64,000 nucleotides of DNA from Lama guanicoe (Eukaryota), in contig MU053881.1 of the NCBI GenBank assembly GCA_013239625.1, forward strand, positions 1,550,001-1,614,000, written 5' to 3'. This document shows, one piece after another, positions 1-11,190 of the stretch. The translations under genes and the position numbers were made by a program. The notes under the pieces are model-generated. The model did not search any database. It had not been told where the DNA came from and saw only the letters and a list, made by a program, of their open reading frames with translations. Numbering within the stretch: the first letter of the stretch is position 1; the number at the start of each line of letters is the position of its first letter.

Positions 1-1960
1 CTCAGGAGTGTAATTTCTGGGCCATATGGAAAGTGTATTTTTAGGGTTTTGTGTTTTTTTTTTTTTTAAGAAATTACCAAACTGTTTTCCAGAGCAGCTG
101 TACCAATGTGATTGAAGTGTAGAAATACACCTCCTTTTACATTCCTTACCCGCCTCCATTTATAATTGTCTTAACTATTTCCTCTGCTTACATTGAGAAC
201 CACATCAAATGATGTTACAGTTTTTGCTTCAACCATGAAGCACAATTTAGAAAACCCAATAGAAGGAATACCTCTTGTACTTACCCAGACTTCTGCTGGC
301 CGTGTTTTCGTCCTCCCTGGTGTCCTAAGATTCCTTCTTTCATCATTTCCTTTCTGTTTAGAGAACTTGCTTTAGGCATGCTTTCAGGGTAGGTCTACTG
401 GCACCAAATCCTCTTCAATTTTTTTTTTTTTCAGCTGAAAATATCCTGGTTTCCCCTTCATTCCTCAAGGATAATTTCACTGGATATAGAATTCTGAATT
501 TTCTTTTGGCATTTAAAAACCAGCGTGCCACATCTTTCTGGCCTCCATGGTTTCCGCTGAGAAGTCTGCTGTCACTTGAATTCTTTTTCTCCATAAGTAA
601 GGTGTCATTCCTCCTTGGCAGCTTTCAAGATTTTTGGTTTTGCTTTTAGTTTTCAAATTTTCAGCAGTTTAACTATGATGATTCTTGGTGTGGGTTTCTT
701 TGGATTTATCTTGTTTGAGATCTGCCCAACATGTTGAATGGGAAGGTTTTGGTCTTCTGCCACATTTGGAAATTTTTCAGCCATTATTCCTTTGAATATT
801 TTTTCAGCCCCCCTCTACTTCTCCTCTCCTTCTGGGACTCTGGTGGCACAAATGTTAGATCTTTTGTTACCATTCCCTGAAGCTCTGATCATTTCTTTCT
901 TTTTCTTTTTCTTTTTTTTTTTTTGGTCTGTTTTCTCTCTGTCGTTCAGACTGAGTAATTTCTCTTGGTTTTCCCTTCAAGTTCACTGTTTTTTTTTTTC
1001 CTCTTTTCTTTCCATTCTCCTTTTGAACGCATTTCCTGTATAACACTTTTCAGTTGTGAAATTTCCATTTGATTCTTCTTTATATCTTCCCTTTCTGTGC
1101 CGAGACTTTATTTTTTCATTGGCTTCAAGTGTGTTCGTAATTGCTCATCAAAGCATTTTTGTGATGGCTGTTTAAAAATCTTTGTCAGATCATTCTGACA
1201 TCCATGTCCTGTCAGTGTTCACATTTGTTGATTGCCTTTTCTCCCTCAGGTCGAGGTTTTCCTGGTTCTTGGGCTGATGAGTGGTTATTAGTTGGATCCT
1301 GGACATTTGGGTTATTATGTTATGAGACTTGGGGTCTTATTTAAATCTTGTGTTTTAGCTGGTCTCCTCAGACCCCATGCTGATGGGTAGAGGGCAGGAG
1401 GTGCCACCTTGCTATTTTCAAGTGGAAATGGAGGTCCACGTTTTCCACTCAGCCTCCATAACACCCGAGATAGGGACGGGCTCTGAGTTACTCCTGGGAG
1501 GCGGTGGGAGTTCTGGCTCTCCACTCAGCCTCCTCTGATACCCTCTAGCTGGGAGGGGCTGGAGTGCCTCCTTATTGCTCCCCATGTGGCTTCCACTGAC
1601 CCCTTGGGGTCTGGCCTCATTACCACATGGCAGGAGGATGAAAGTCCCAGCTCCTCATTTGGCTCCTTTGATGCCACCCCTGTGGGGGCAGGGCCCCATG
1701 CTGCGGTCTGACAAAGGGGCAGGCTGCCCCCGACTCTGCCTTGCAGAGGCAGGTAGGAGTGGGACCTCAGTTTGTTCTGTGTTACGTGCCCGGTGTGGAG
1801 CAGTTATTCCCAAGAAGTTCTGTCCTGTACGGCTTCCTTTTTCTGGCCCTTTGGCTGGAGGCTAAAGAGAGCAGGCTTTGCTGGATGACTTTTTTGTTTG
1901 CATCCATTGGTGTTTCTGAGTCATTGGCTTTTCCAACACCCAGGCACCCAGTTTGGAAAA
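1..1960 (-). mobile_element. Old L1M LINE-1 fragments (ORF2 3' piece, then ORF1/5'UTR-like), antisense
   Basis: T-rich antisense L1 signatures such as ccaaactgttttccagagcagctgtacca, ggataatttcactggatatagaattctg and gcctccatggtttccgctgagaagtctgctgtc; boundaries approximate. Confidence 0.75.
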
Positions 1961-1963
1961 TAC

Positions 1964-2428
1964 TGTTACCAAATGCAAGTTCATGTGCCCAAGGGAGGCC
2001 AAACAAACCAAAATATCAGAGTTTGGAGCCGAGAAAAGTTTATTGCAGGGCCGAGCAAGGACAGGTGGCTCATGCCCCCCCAAACCCTGAACTCCCTGAA
2101 GGGTTCCAGCAAAGCATTTTTAAAGCCAAGGTGAGTTTGGGGTGTCCCAGGGTGCGTGGTCAGCTCGTGCGCAATCCTCTGATTGGCTGATGTTGAGGTA
2201 AAAGGGTGGTCAACATCATCAATCCTTAGGCGCCAGAAGGTCTGGGGGCTCCGTGCTTATGATCATTGGGAGGTTAATTTCTTCCACTTGGTGGTGGTTT
2301 TTAGCATCTGAAAAGCTCAGGAAATGTGCATGAGATACTATTATCCGGGTGCTTCAGAGAGGAGCTGCAGCAGAGGACAGGCGAGGGGTCTGTCCCAGGA
2401 AGATCCCACAGGGTCCTGCTTGGTTACA
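1964..2428 (-). mobile_element. Solo ERV1-type LTR
   Basis: Starts TGTTACC and ends GGTTACA (TG..CA inverted termini), ~465 bp, AATAAA on minus strand near 2039-2044; interrupts the L1 5' region. Confidence 0.75.
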
Positions 2429-2554
2429 GCATGAGACCCCCCCTAAAAAATAAACCCACATAAAAGTGGACTTATTTGTCTGTCATTTCTCTGGCCCCAA
2501 GGTCCCTAACTAGCCTGCTGCTTCTCTCCACCTTCCAGAGTCTTCCTCGTGTGC

Positions 2555-3098
2555 AGGCAGACCTTGGGGACAGTACAGGCTCACTTCCAGGCCGTTGCAA
2601 TAAAGTGGATATTGCAATAAAGCAAGTCACACGAACTTTCTGGCTTCCCAGTGCATATGAAAGTTAGGTTTCCAGTAAGCTAATCTATTAAGCGTGCGTT
2701 AGCATTATGGCTAAAAAACAACCACAACAATGTACACGCCTTAATTAAAATATAAAATACTTTACTGCTAAAATGTGGTAACCATCATCTGAGCCTTCAG
2801 CGAGTTGTAATTTCTTTTTCTTTGCAATAATAACATCAAAGATCGCCAATCACAGACCACCAAAACCAATGGAATAATAATGAAAAAGTTTGCAATACTG
2901 CGAGACTTAGGAAAATGTGACCCAGAGACATGAGGTGAGCAAATGCGTTTAGAAAAAAATGGTGTTCATAGACTTGCTTGATGCAGGGTTGGCACAAACC
3001 TTCAATTTGTAAAAAACTCAGTGTCTGTGAAGCGCAATAAAGCAAAGCACAATAAAACGAGCTTTGCATAAAGCAAAGCACAGTAAGACGAGCTTTGC
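2555..3098 (-). mobile_element. Internally deleted Tigger1-like DNA transposon
   Basis: Both Tigger1-type ends present (caggcagacctt...gcaataaagcaagtcacacgaa and aagcgcaataaagcaaagcacaataaaacgag). Confidence 0.75.
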
Positions 3099-3149
3099 AC
3101 ATATACATATGTGATACGCTGGGTGATTCGCTGTCCTTAGCAGGAGGAG

Positions 3150-4090
3150 TAGGGCAAAGCACGTCTTTTCCATCTTTCTGCCGAACTTTTAATTATTGCA
3201 GCTTTGTAACATGCTTTAAACGTCTTCTTGGGCTCCTGGTCACTCCTTACTCCCCTTCAGAATTCTCAGAGCTATTTGATGTGTTTTCTCCACGTGAACC
3301 CCAGTATTACTTTAAGTTCCAGAATGAGAGTGTGGAAGTGGTGGCTGGTATCCCATCAATTTCAAGATTAATTGAAGGAGACGAAGCGTCTTTCCGGTGT
3401 TAAATATCTGCTTAGCTCTCCAAGAACAAGGTCGCTTTCCGGCACATTTGCATTCTCGGTGTCCGTCAGTAGAGTCTTCTCAGAGATGCTTTGTTTTCTC
3501 GTTGAGTTTACTCATCGGCGTCTCATCCTTTTCTTGTATCTGTCGTACGTGGAAAAGTTTTCCACTGTGCCTCTTAAGTGGTTATTATTTGTGTGTGGAA
3601 ATGGCACTGACTTCTATATATTAAATGTACATCCATCTATTTTAGTATATTCTCTTCTAATTTCTAGTAGTTTTTAGGCTGTTCTCGTGATCTGAGGTAT
3701 CAAATCATACAGTGTAAAAATAATTATTATCTTTCATGCTCCACTCCAAGATTGGCGTTCCTTCCTTTCTCATAGCCTTCCGGAAAACTGTTCAATAACA
3801 GTGGTGGTGGTCCCCCCCCCACCGAGTTCCTGACCTGCGTGGGGGCGCTTGCAGTGTCTCAGCATGTTGGATTGTGGTTTGTGATACTTTCTGGGTTTTT
3901 TTTTTAATAATTTAGGGTAAAGGACTTGTCTATTTCTATTCTTCATGAATAACAAAAGTGCTTAAACATATAAAAACTTCACCATCTGGGGATTTTAAAA
4001 CACTCTCTTAAATAACTATCGGGTCAGAAAGGAAATACAAAAATTGAATCGTGGTGTGTTTAGAGAGTAATCTAAACAAGAACAGAGCTG
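3150..4090. mobile_element. Highly diverged L1ME-type ORF2 remnants
   Basis: Degenerate antisense L1 ORF2 wording 3150-3950 and a sense piece 3960-4090. Confidence 0.5.
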
Positions 4091-6399
4091 TATTAATCAG
4101 AAGTCTTGGAACATACAACAACTTAAACTAGCTTGAGTAAAGGGGAATTTACTGACTCACAAAACCAAGCAGCAGAACCATCAGGGTGCAGGTGGCTTCG
4201 GAATAGGGCCGTGATTCATCCGTCCCAGTTTCCCAGAGCAAACACAGACACGGACCTTCTGCAGGCCACACAGGCCCTTCTGGCCCTCGGGCTGCTTGTG
4301 GCCAGGGCTTGTGGCCTGCGGTGACCATGGGAGAAGTTAAGACAGGCTTCAAGGGAGGCACAGGGTGTCAAGCTCGGGAAGGGACCACCAAGACAGAGAC
4401 ACCTGGTGTGGGGACACCATTGGTGATGTGGCATCAGTAATAGTGAAAGGACCAGGGTTTGAGAATGATTTCCTTTTCTTTTCTAAATTAAAGCAAAATC
4501 AAGGTTAGCAGCATAGGGACTTCATCCTCCCATCAGCATCCCTGTGCATTTTCCTGTGGGGAGAGAGAGAGAGTCACAGCTGGTCCACACCCCATGGCAT
4601 TCCCCTGGGGAGGAAAAGGTAGAAAGAATAACATATGCAAAGGCACTGAGGCCTGAAATAACAAGAAACGTCTGAGGAAATGCAGGTGAACCTCGAGAGT
4701 CTCTCCATCCTCAGTATCACGTGAGCGTCTGCCTCTCTGAGGGATGGAAGAAGTAAGGGTTCTAGTTATCAGTATCTTTGTGCCCCTTACAGTATGAAGT
4801 GCCTACTGTGTGTGGTGGGGATCAGGGGTCACTGGAGCCAACAGAGGGGCTGGTCTGGACTCATCTCATGCCCCCTCCCTTACCGCATACTCCCACCTAA
4901 GGAATGATCTGTATTTCCCCAAACCTTTCTTGTCATTTCATACCTCAGTGCCTTTGCACATGTTATTTTTGCTACCTTTTCTTGCTGGCCAACTTCTCCT
5001 CCGTGCAGACATAGCTCAGGAGTCTCTTCTCCCATGAAGTGTGCATTGCCCCACAGAGCTGATTCCTCCCTCAGGTGCCACCACAAACCTGGTGCCGACC
5101 TCTCCCGGCTGGCCGCACTGCACCCACCTCCATGACCCTCACTGGACTGTGGTCCTTTGTTATTAAATGAAGTAAATGAACGACTGAATGATGATGGTGA
5201 TCATTATGACCTAACATTTGACAAAGGTGCCAACGTGCAGCAGGATGGCACTCTTCTGATGGGCATGGTGCCCCACGGGGCTTGGAGGCAGACCCTGCCT
5301 GGCACACAGCAGGCTTTCAGTGAGTGGCCACTGGATCTTCTGGCTCTGACCACTCACCACACGAATGGAGGCGGAGTGAGTGGAGGGCCCTGGGGAGACA
5401 CGGGCTGCATGACACCCCAGTCTGAGCCTCTGTCTTCTCTGCCTTTCTGTCTCCGGGAACCTCCCCGGAGGCAAGAAAAGACCCTTTGAACGTCCCCTCA
5501 GAAAAGCCTCACATTCTCTGTGGCTGTGGCTGGGAGAAGTGGGCTGAGCCTGTGGCTCTGTGGCTCGGTGGCGGCCTCCCACGTCTGGCACTTCCTGGGT
5601 TGCCTCGAAAGGCTGGAAGGCACCTGCGGGTCTTGGAGCGTTTTCACAGAAGCGCTTGTTCTTTTCTTTCCTGTGGCCTCACAGTGTCTTTCTTGTAAGG
5701 CGTTGCAGATGTCGGGCTGAGTTGGTGCAGGCAGGGAGGCGTCTGCAAACAATGGCTGCACATTTGAGAGGCGTCCCCTCCAGGAGTCACAGGGACCACT
5801 CGGGGCTCCGAGGCTCAGACACCTGGAGGGGCTCGGCCTTTGTTTCTGGAGGACAAACTGGATGCTCAGGCCTGGGGTCTGAAAGCAGCGGTCTGCACAT
5901 GGTAAACCTGGGGGGCCGTGGAAAGGGACTGGGCCTCGGGAGGCAGGTGGACCCCGGCCACGGGGCCGTGCCTCTCCCTGGGGGTGCACTTCACTTCTAA
6001 ACTGGGGAGGATAACCCTGCTCCGGAGGGGTGTTGCAACAGCGGAGACGATGTATTTAAACTCTGCAAGGGGAGGAGGGAGAAGCCGCGTTCGTTAGCAC
6101 TGTCTGTATGTGAGGGAGGCACAGGACGTGGTGGGTCAGCCATTACCAGCCACCCCTAGGGCGGGTTATTTCTTCTCTCGGGGTCTAGGGCTCCGGTGTA
6201 GTAAGCTGGGATAATGTAAGTGTTAAATGAGCTAATACTTGAAAAGCTGTGAGGACCAAGCCTGGCACACAGTAATGGTTTGACGTGTGTTTTACTTGTA
6301 GTAGTAAGTTGTAGTTTTCCTTCATTCACTCACTTCTTACCACTGTAATTACTCAATTACTTAGATATGAGAATTAATGGGTACTTTATGGGTTTGAAA

Positions 6400-7630
6400 A
6401 AGACAGAAGCAACTGACAATATCAAGTGTTGGCAAGGATGTGGAGCACCTAGAACTCTCGCACCCTGCTGGTGGGGATTCAAGACGGTGCAGCTACTTAG
6501 CAAAGCAGTTTTGGAAGGCAGTGTCTTACAACGATAAACACCTACTTCTCACGTGCCTCCACAATCCTTCTCTTAAGTGTTCACCCAAGAAGAATGAAAG
6601 TTTGTATTTACACAAAAACCTGCATGCAAATGTTCGTGGCAGCGTCATTCAGCATCACCAAAAATGAGAGATGACTCAAATGCCCTTCAGGTGGAAAATA
6701 GAAAAACCAACCATGGTACATCCATTCCATGCACTTCCATCCAGCAATGAAAAGGAATAAACTGCTGATACATGCAGCCGCGTGGGTGAATCAATGTCGA
6801 GCACACCAGGCTGAGATAAAGAAGCTGGACTCAAAACCGAGTCAGACTACATCTCGTATGCTTCCATTTGTATGACCTATAAAAGGAAGAATGGTAGGGA
6901 TGGTCATTGAAAGCAGGGACTGAAACAGATACATACGTACCTCCATTCATAGCAGCGCGATTCACAGCATCAAAATGGTGGGGACAACCCAAGTGCCCAC
7001 CAGTAGGTGAATGGATTAACCAAATGTGTTCCATCCTTCGAACAGAATATTATTCAGCCTTAAAAAGGAAGGAATTTCTGACACGTGCCACAACATGGAT
7101 GCACCTTGAGGACATTACGTTAAGTGAAATAAGCCAGACACGAAAAAACAAATACTGTGTGATTCCCCTTACGTGAGGTTCCCAGTGGGGTCAGATGCAT
7201 CGAGACAGAAGTCACACGGTGGCTGCCAGGGGCTGGGGGAAAGGAGAGTGAGGAGTCATTATTTAATGGGGATAGGATTTCTATTTGGGGTGATGATAAA
7301 GTTCTGGAAATAGGCTGTGGTGATGGTTGCACAACATTGTGAATATGCTTCATGCCATGGAATCACACGCTAAAACACAGTTAAAATGGTAAGTTTTATG
7401 TGATGAACATTTTGCCACAGTTGGTTAAAAACCACAGGGACAGAGAGCACATCAGGGGTTGCCAGAGATGAAGGGCGAGGGCTAGGATAGGACAAGGGGT
7501 TTTGGGGGGTGATAGAAGACTACTCTGTGCCTTGATTGTCATCGTGGTCACGTGGCCATTCATTTGTCAAAACACAGAACTGTGGACCAAAAGAATGAAT
7601 TTTACTTCGTGTAAATTTAAAATTAACTTT
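6400..7630 (+). mobile_element. L1M 3' end with a nested L1MB-type 3' end (~6890-7410)
   Basis: ORF2 C-terminal translation FIAARFTASKWWGQPKCPPVGEWINQM..EYYSALKRKE and L1 3'UTR motifs. Confidence 0.85.
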
Positions 7631-7659
7631 TCTTTAAACTTGAAAATCTTTTCGCCTTA

Positions 7660-7739
7660 ACAGAGGCACTGGCGATTGAACCCAGGACCTCATGCACGCC
7701 AAGCACACACTCCGCCACTGAGCTCTACCCTCCACCCCC
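7660..7739 (-). mobile_element. tRNA-derived SINE (camelid Vic-1-like)
   Basis: Reverse complement of the gggtatagctcagtggtagag...gaggtcctgggttcaatccccagtacctc core. Confidence 0.85.
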
Positions 7740-8899
7740 TAAAATTAAATTTTTAAAAAGACAGAGGCATTCCAGCTGAGCTCTGATCCTTCATGCTTGT
7801 TCATTCGTTTAGCCATGTATTTATCATATTTATTAGTTATTACCCAATATTTATTAACTCCACCTGTGTGCTGGCACAGCACTAGGACCTGAGTCCCCAG
7901 AATCCCAGGGATGGATGTGCAGCGGATCCTGAGACAGCTGAGCAGGAGGAGATGGGAACAATGTGTTTTAGTGTCATTTTGATAAAAGTCATGTCAGTCA
8001 GTTTTCCCTTGGAGACCAGCTCTGCAGTCTGGTGGCTCTGGACACTTTCCTATCATTTTTTAGATAAGTGTGTTTATACAGCAGCCCTTCACATCTGCCT
8101 CCTTTTGATGCTCTGGGTTTAAAAACCATCTCTGGTTTTTGTTTGCATTTGTTGTTTTAAAACGAGGAACACAGCCTATGTTTTCCGGGCTTCCCATGAG
8201 CCTCCTGGGCCTCTCCCACACAGAGGCTGGGGTCTTGTTCATTCTGCCGTCAGCTGTTCCCTCCCATGTTCCTAGAGATCAGATAAGAGAGACAGTTCAG
8301 TTACAAATGAGAGAGACTGGCTTTAATAAAATAGAGAAGATGCTGGCTCATGAAACTCAAAGGCCCAGGCTGTGCTGGCTTCAGGCATGGCTGGATCCGG
8401 GAGATAATTAGCATCTTCAGGATTCTTCATCTCTATCTTTACCTCCTTTTCCCTCCCAGGGCCCTGGCCCTTCCTTTGACTCCCAATCTCTCTCCTCTAT
8501 GGTTACCAGCCTGGGTCCCAGGGATAATGATGAAAACATTACTACTTGCCCCAAGAGCCCATGGTCTAGAGAGAGAGACTCACCTGCAGAAAAAGGCACA
8601 CTTGGAGGTCCTGTTATGTCAGAACAAGGGGGCCCAGCCAAAGGTCTTTTAATTTCATAGTAAAGAGTAAACAGAAGATTTCACTGGAACTAAAATCTTG
8701 AAAGTAGAAACCAAAAATAAACTCATCTTTATAATATTATCTCATATTTAACAATGTTAAAGGAATCATTTCAACTCTGGGAGCATTTTTTAATGCAAAA
8801 AGAATTTTTCTTTCTTTTTTTCTTTTCTGGTTGACTTTCACCCATAAAGTTACATGAAAGCACAGTAAGCTTTTTTCACATTTGAACGTCATAGCATGT

Positions 8900-10580
8900 T
8901 TCTTTTTTTCTTTCTTTCCTGAAGTATGGTTAGTTTACAATGTTGTGTCAGTTTCTGGTGCACAGCATCATGTTTCAGCCATACATGTACGTACACACAT
9001 TCCTTTTCATATTCTTTTTCACTATAGGTTACTACCAGATATTGAATATAGTTCCCTGTGCTACACAGAAGAAACTTGTTGTTTATCTTATTCATAGTAG
9101 TTACTATTTGCAAACCTCAAACTCCCAATTTATCCCTTCCCACCCCTTTTCCCTCCTGGTGACCATAAGCTTGTTTTCTAGGTCCATGAGTCCATTTCTG
9201 TTTTGTAAATAAGTTCATTTCTGTCTTTTTTTAGATTCCAGTTGTAAGTGATATCATATGGTATTTTTCTTTCTCTTTCTGACTTACTTCACTTAGAATG
9301 ACAGTCTCCAGGTCCATCCATGTTGCTGCAAATGGTGTTATTTTATTCTTTTTTATGGCTGAGTAGTATTCCATTGTATAAATATACCACCTCTTCTTTA
9401 ACCAGTCATCTGTCGATGGACATTTAGGTTGTTTCCATGTCTTGGCTATTGTAAATAGTGTTGCTGTGAACATTGAAGTAAGGTATATTAGTTTTTTTTT
9501 TATATGAGTTTTTTTTTTTTTTTTTTTTTTTTTTCGGGTACACACCCAGGAGTGGAATTGCTGGTTCATATGGTAGTTTTGGTTTTAGTTTTGAGGAACC
9601 TCCACACTTTTCCACAGTGGCTGTACCAGTTTACGTTCCCACCAGTGGTGTACAGGGGTTCCCTTTTCTCCACATCCCTGCCAACATTTATTATCTGTGG
9701 TCTTTTTGAGGATAGTCATTCTGACAGCTATGAGATGGTATCTTGTTGCAGGCTGGGTTTTTTTTGGCAGGGGTAAGGGAGGTAATTAAGTTTATTTAAT
9801 TTTCTTTTTCTGTAATGGAGGTACTGGGGATTGAACCTAGGACCTCATGCATGCTAAGCTTGCGTTCTACCACTGAGCTATACCCTCCCCTTCCTTGCGG
9901 CTTTGATTTGCATTTCTTTGATAATTGGTGATGTTGAACATCTTTTCATGTGCCTGTTGGCCATCTGTAAGTCTTCTTTGTAAAAATGTCTGTTCAGGTC
10001 TTCTGCCCATTTTTTAATTGGGTTTTTTTTTAATATTGAGTTGTATGAGCTGTTTATATATTTTGGATATTAACCCCTTGCTGATCATAACATTAGCAAA
10101 TATTTTCTCCCACTCAGTAAGTTGTCTTTTCATTTTGTTGTGGGTTTCCTTTACTGTGCAACCGCTTTTAAGTTTAATTAGGTCCCATTTGTTCATTTTT
10201 GCTTTTATTTCCTTTGCTGTAGGAGACAGATCCAAAAAAAACATTGCTGTAGTTTATGTCAAAGACTGTTCCACCTCTGTTTTCTTCTAGGAGTTTTATG
10301 GTTCCCAGTCTTACATTTAGAGCTTTAATCCACTCTGAGTTTATTTTTGTATATGTTATGAGAAAATGTTCTAATGTTATTCTTTTACATATAGCTGTCC
10401 AGTTTACCCAGCACCACTATTGAAGAGACTTTCCTCATTCTTCCCTCTTCTGTCGTAGACTGGTTAACCGTACGTGTGTGGGTGTGTCTCTGGGCTCGCT
10501 ACTCTGTTCCATTGATCTGTGCGTCTGGTTTTTGCCGGTGCCATACTGTTTTGATTACTGTACCTTTGTAGTATAGTCTA
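8900..10580 (-). mobile_element. Lineage-specific L1 3' part (ORF2 end plus 3'UTR), containing a SINE at ~9755-9890
   Basis: Minus-strand translation TIAKTWKQPKCPSTDDWLKKRWYIYTMEYYSAIKK and KAKMNKWDLIKLKS; T-rich tail at left. Confidence 0.92.
9755..9890 (-). mobile_element. Vic-1-like SINE
   Basis: ggaggtactggggattgaacctaggacctcatgcatgctaagc...ccactgagctataccctcccc. Confidence 0.9.
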
Positions 10581-10699
10581 GGAGCCTGCACTTCTTAACA
10601 AACCACATGGGGAGGTGGAGCAGCCTCGCCTGGTATAGACCTATCAGGGTGGACTCAGTTGCCTCCAGTGTACACCAGCACTGTCAAGTGGCTTAATTT

Positions 10700-11190
10700 A
10701 ATCGTGTTCACTTCCTGGGGCTGCGATAGCCAATTGCCATTACCTTGGTGGCTTAAAACAACCCAGATTTATCCTCTTACAGTTCTGGAGGTCAGGGGTC
10801 CCAAATGGGTCTTAAAATCAAGATGTCAGCAGGGCTGTTTCCTTCTGGAGTTACATTGGGTCCCTGTGGATAATGCAGCACATAGTCCCCATCTCGATAG
10901 ATTTAATGCAGTCACATCTGCCAAGACCCTGTTGCTGTGGGTGTTAGTTTCCCAGAACTGCCACAACCAAGTGCCATGACCTTGGTGGCTTAAAACAACA
11001 AAGGTGTGTTTTCTCATTTCTTGAGGCTGGAAGTCTGAAATCCAGGCATCCGCAGGGCCATGCTCCCTCTGAAGGCTCGAGGGGAGAATCCTGCTCTGCT
11101 TGTTGCCAGCTTCTAGTCGTTGCTAGCACTCCTTCGCATCCCTTAGTTTATAACTAAATCAGTCCAGTTTCTGCCTTCATCTTCACATGG
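10700..11190. mobile_element. MLT1 (ERVL-MaLR) LTR fragments, two nested or adjacent pieces
   Basis: Twice ttggtggcttaaaacaac...tctggaggtcag/ggctggaagtctgaaatc MLT1 wording. Confidence 0.75.

Noticed and set aside
9231..10244. ORFs resembling reverse-transcriptase protein C-terminus
   Set aside because: Fragments of truncated L1 ORF2, not host genes; the same applies at 6907-7176 and 47140-48645
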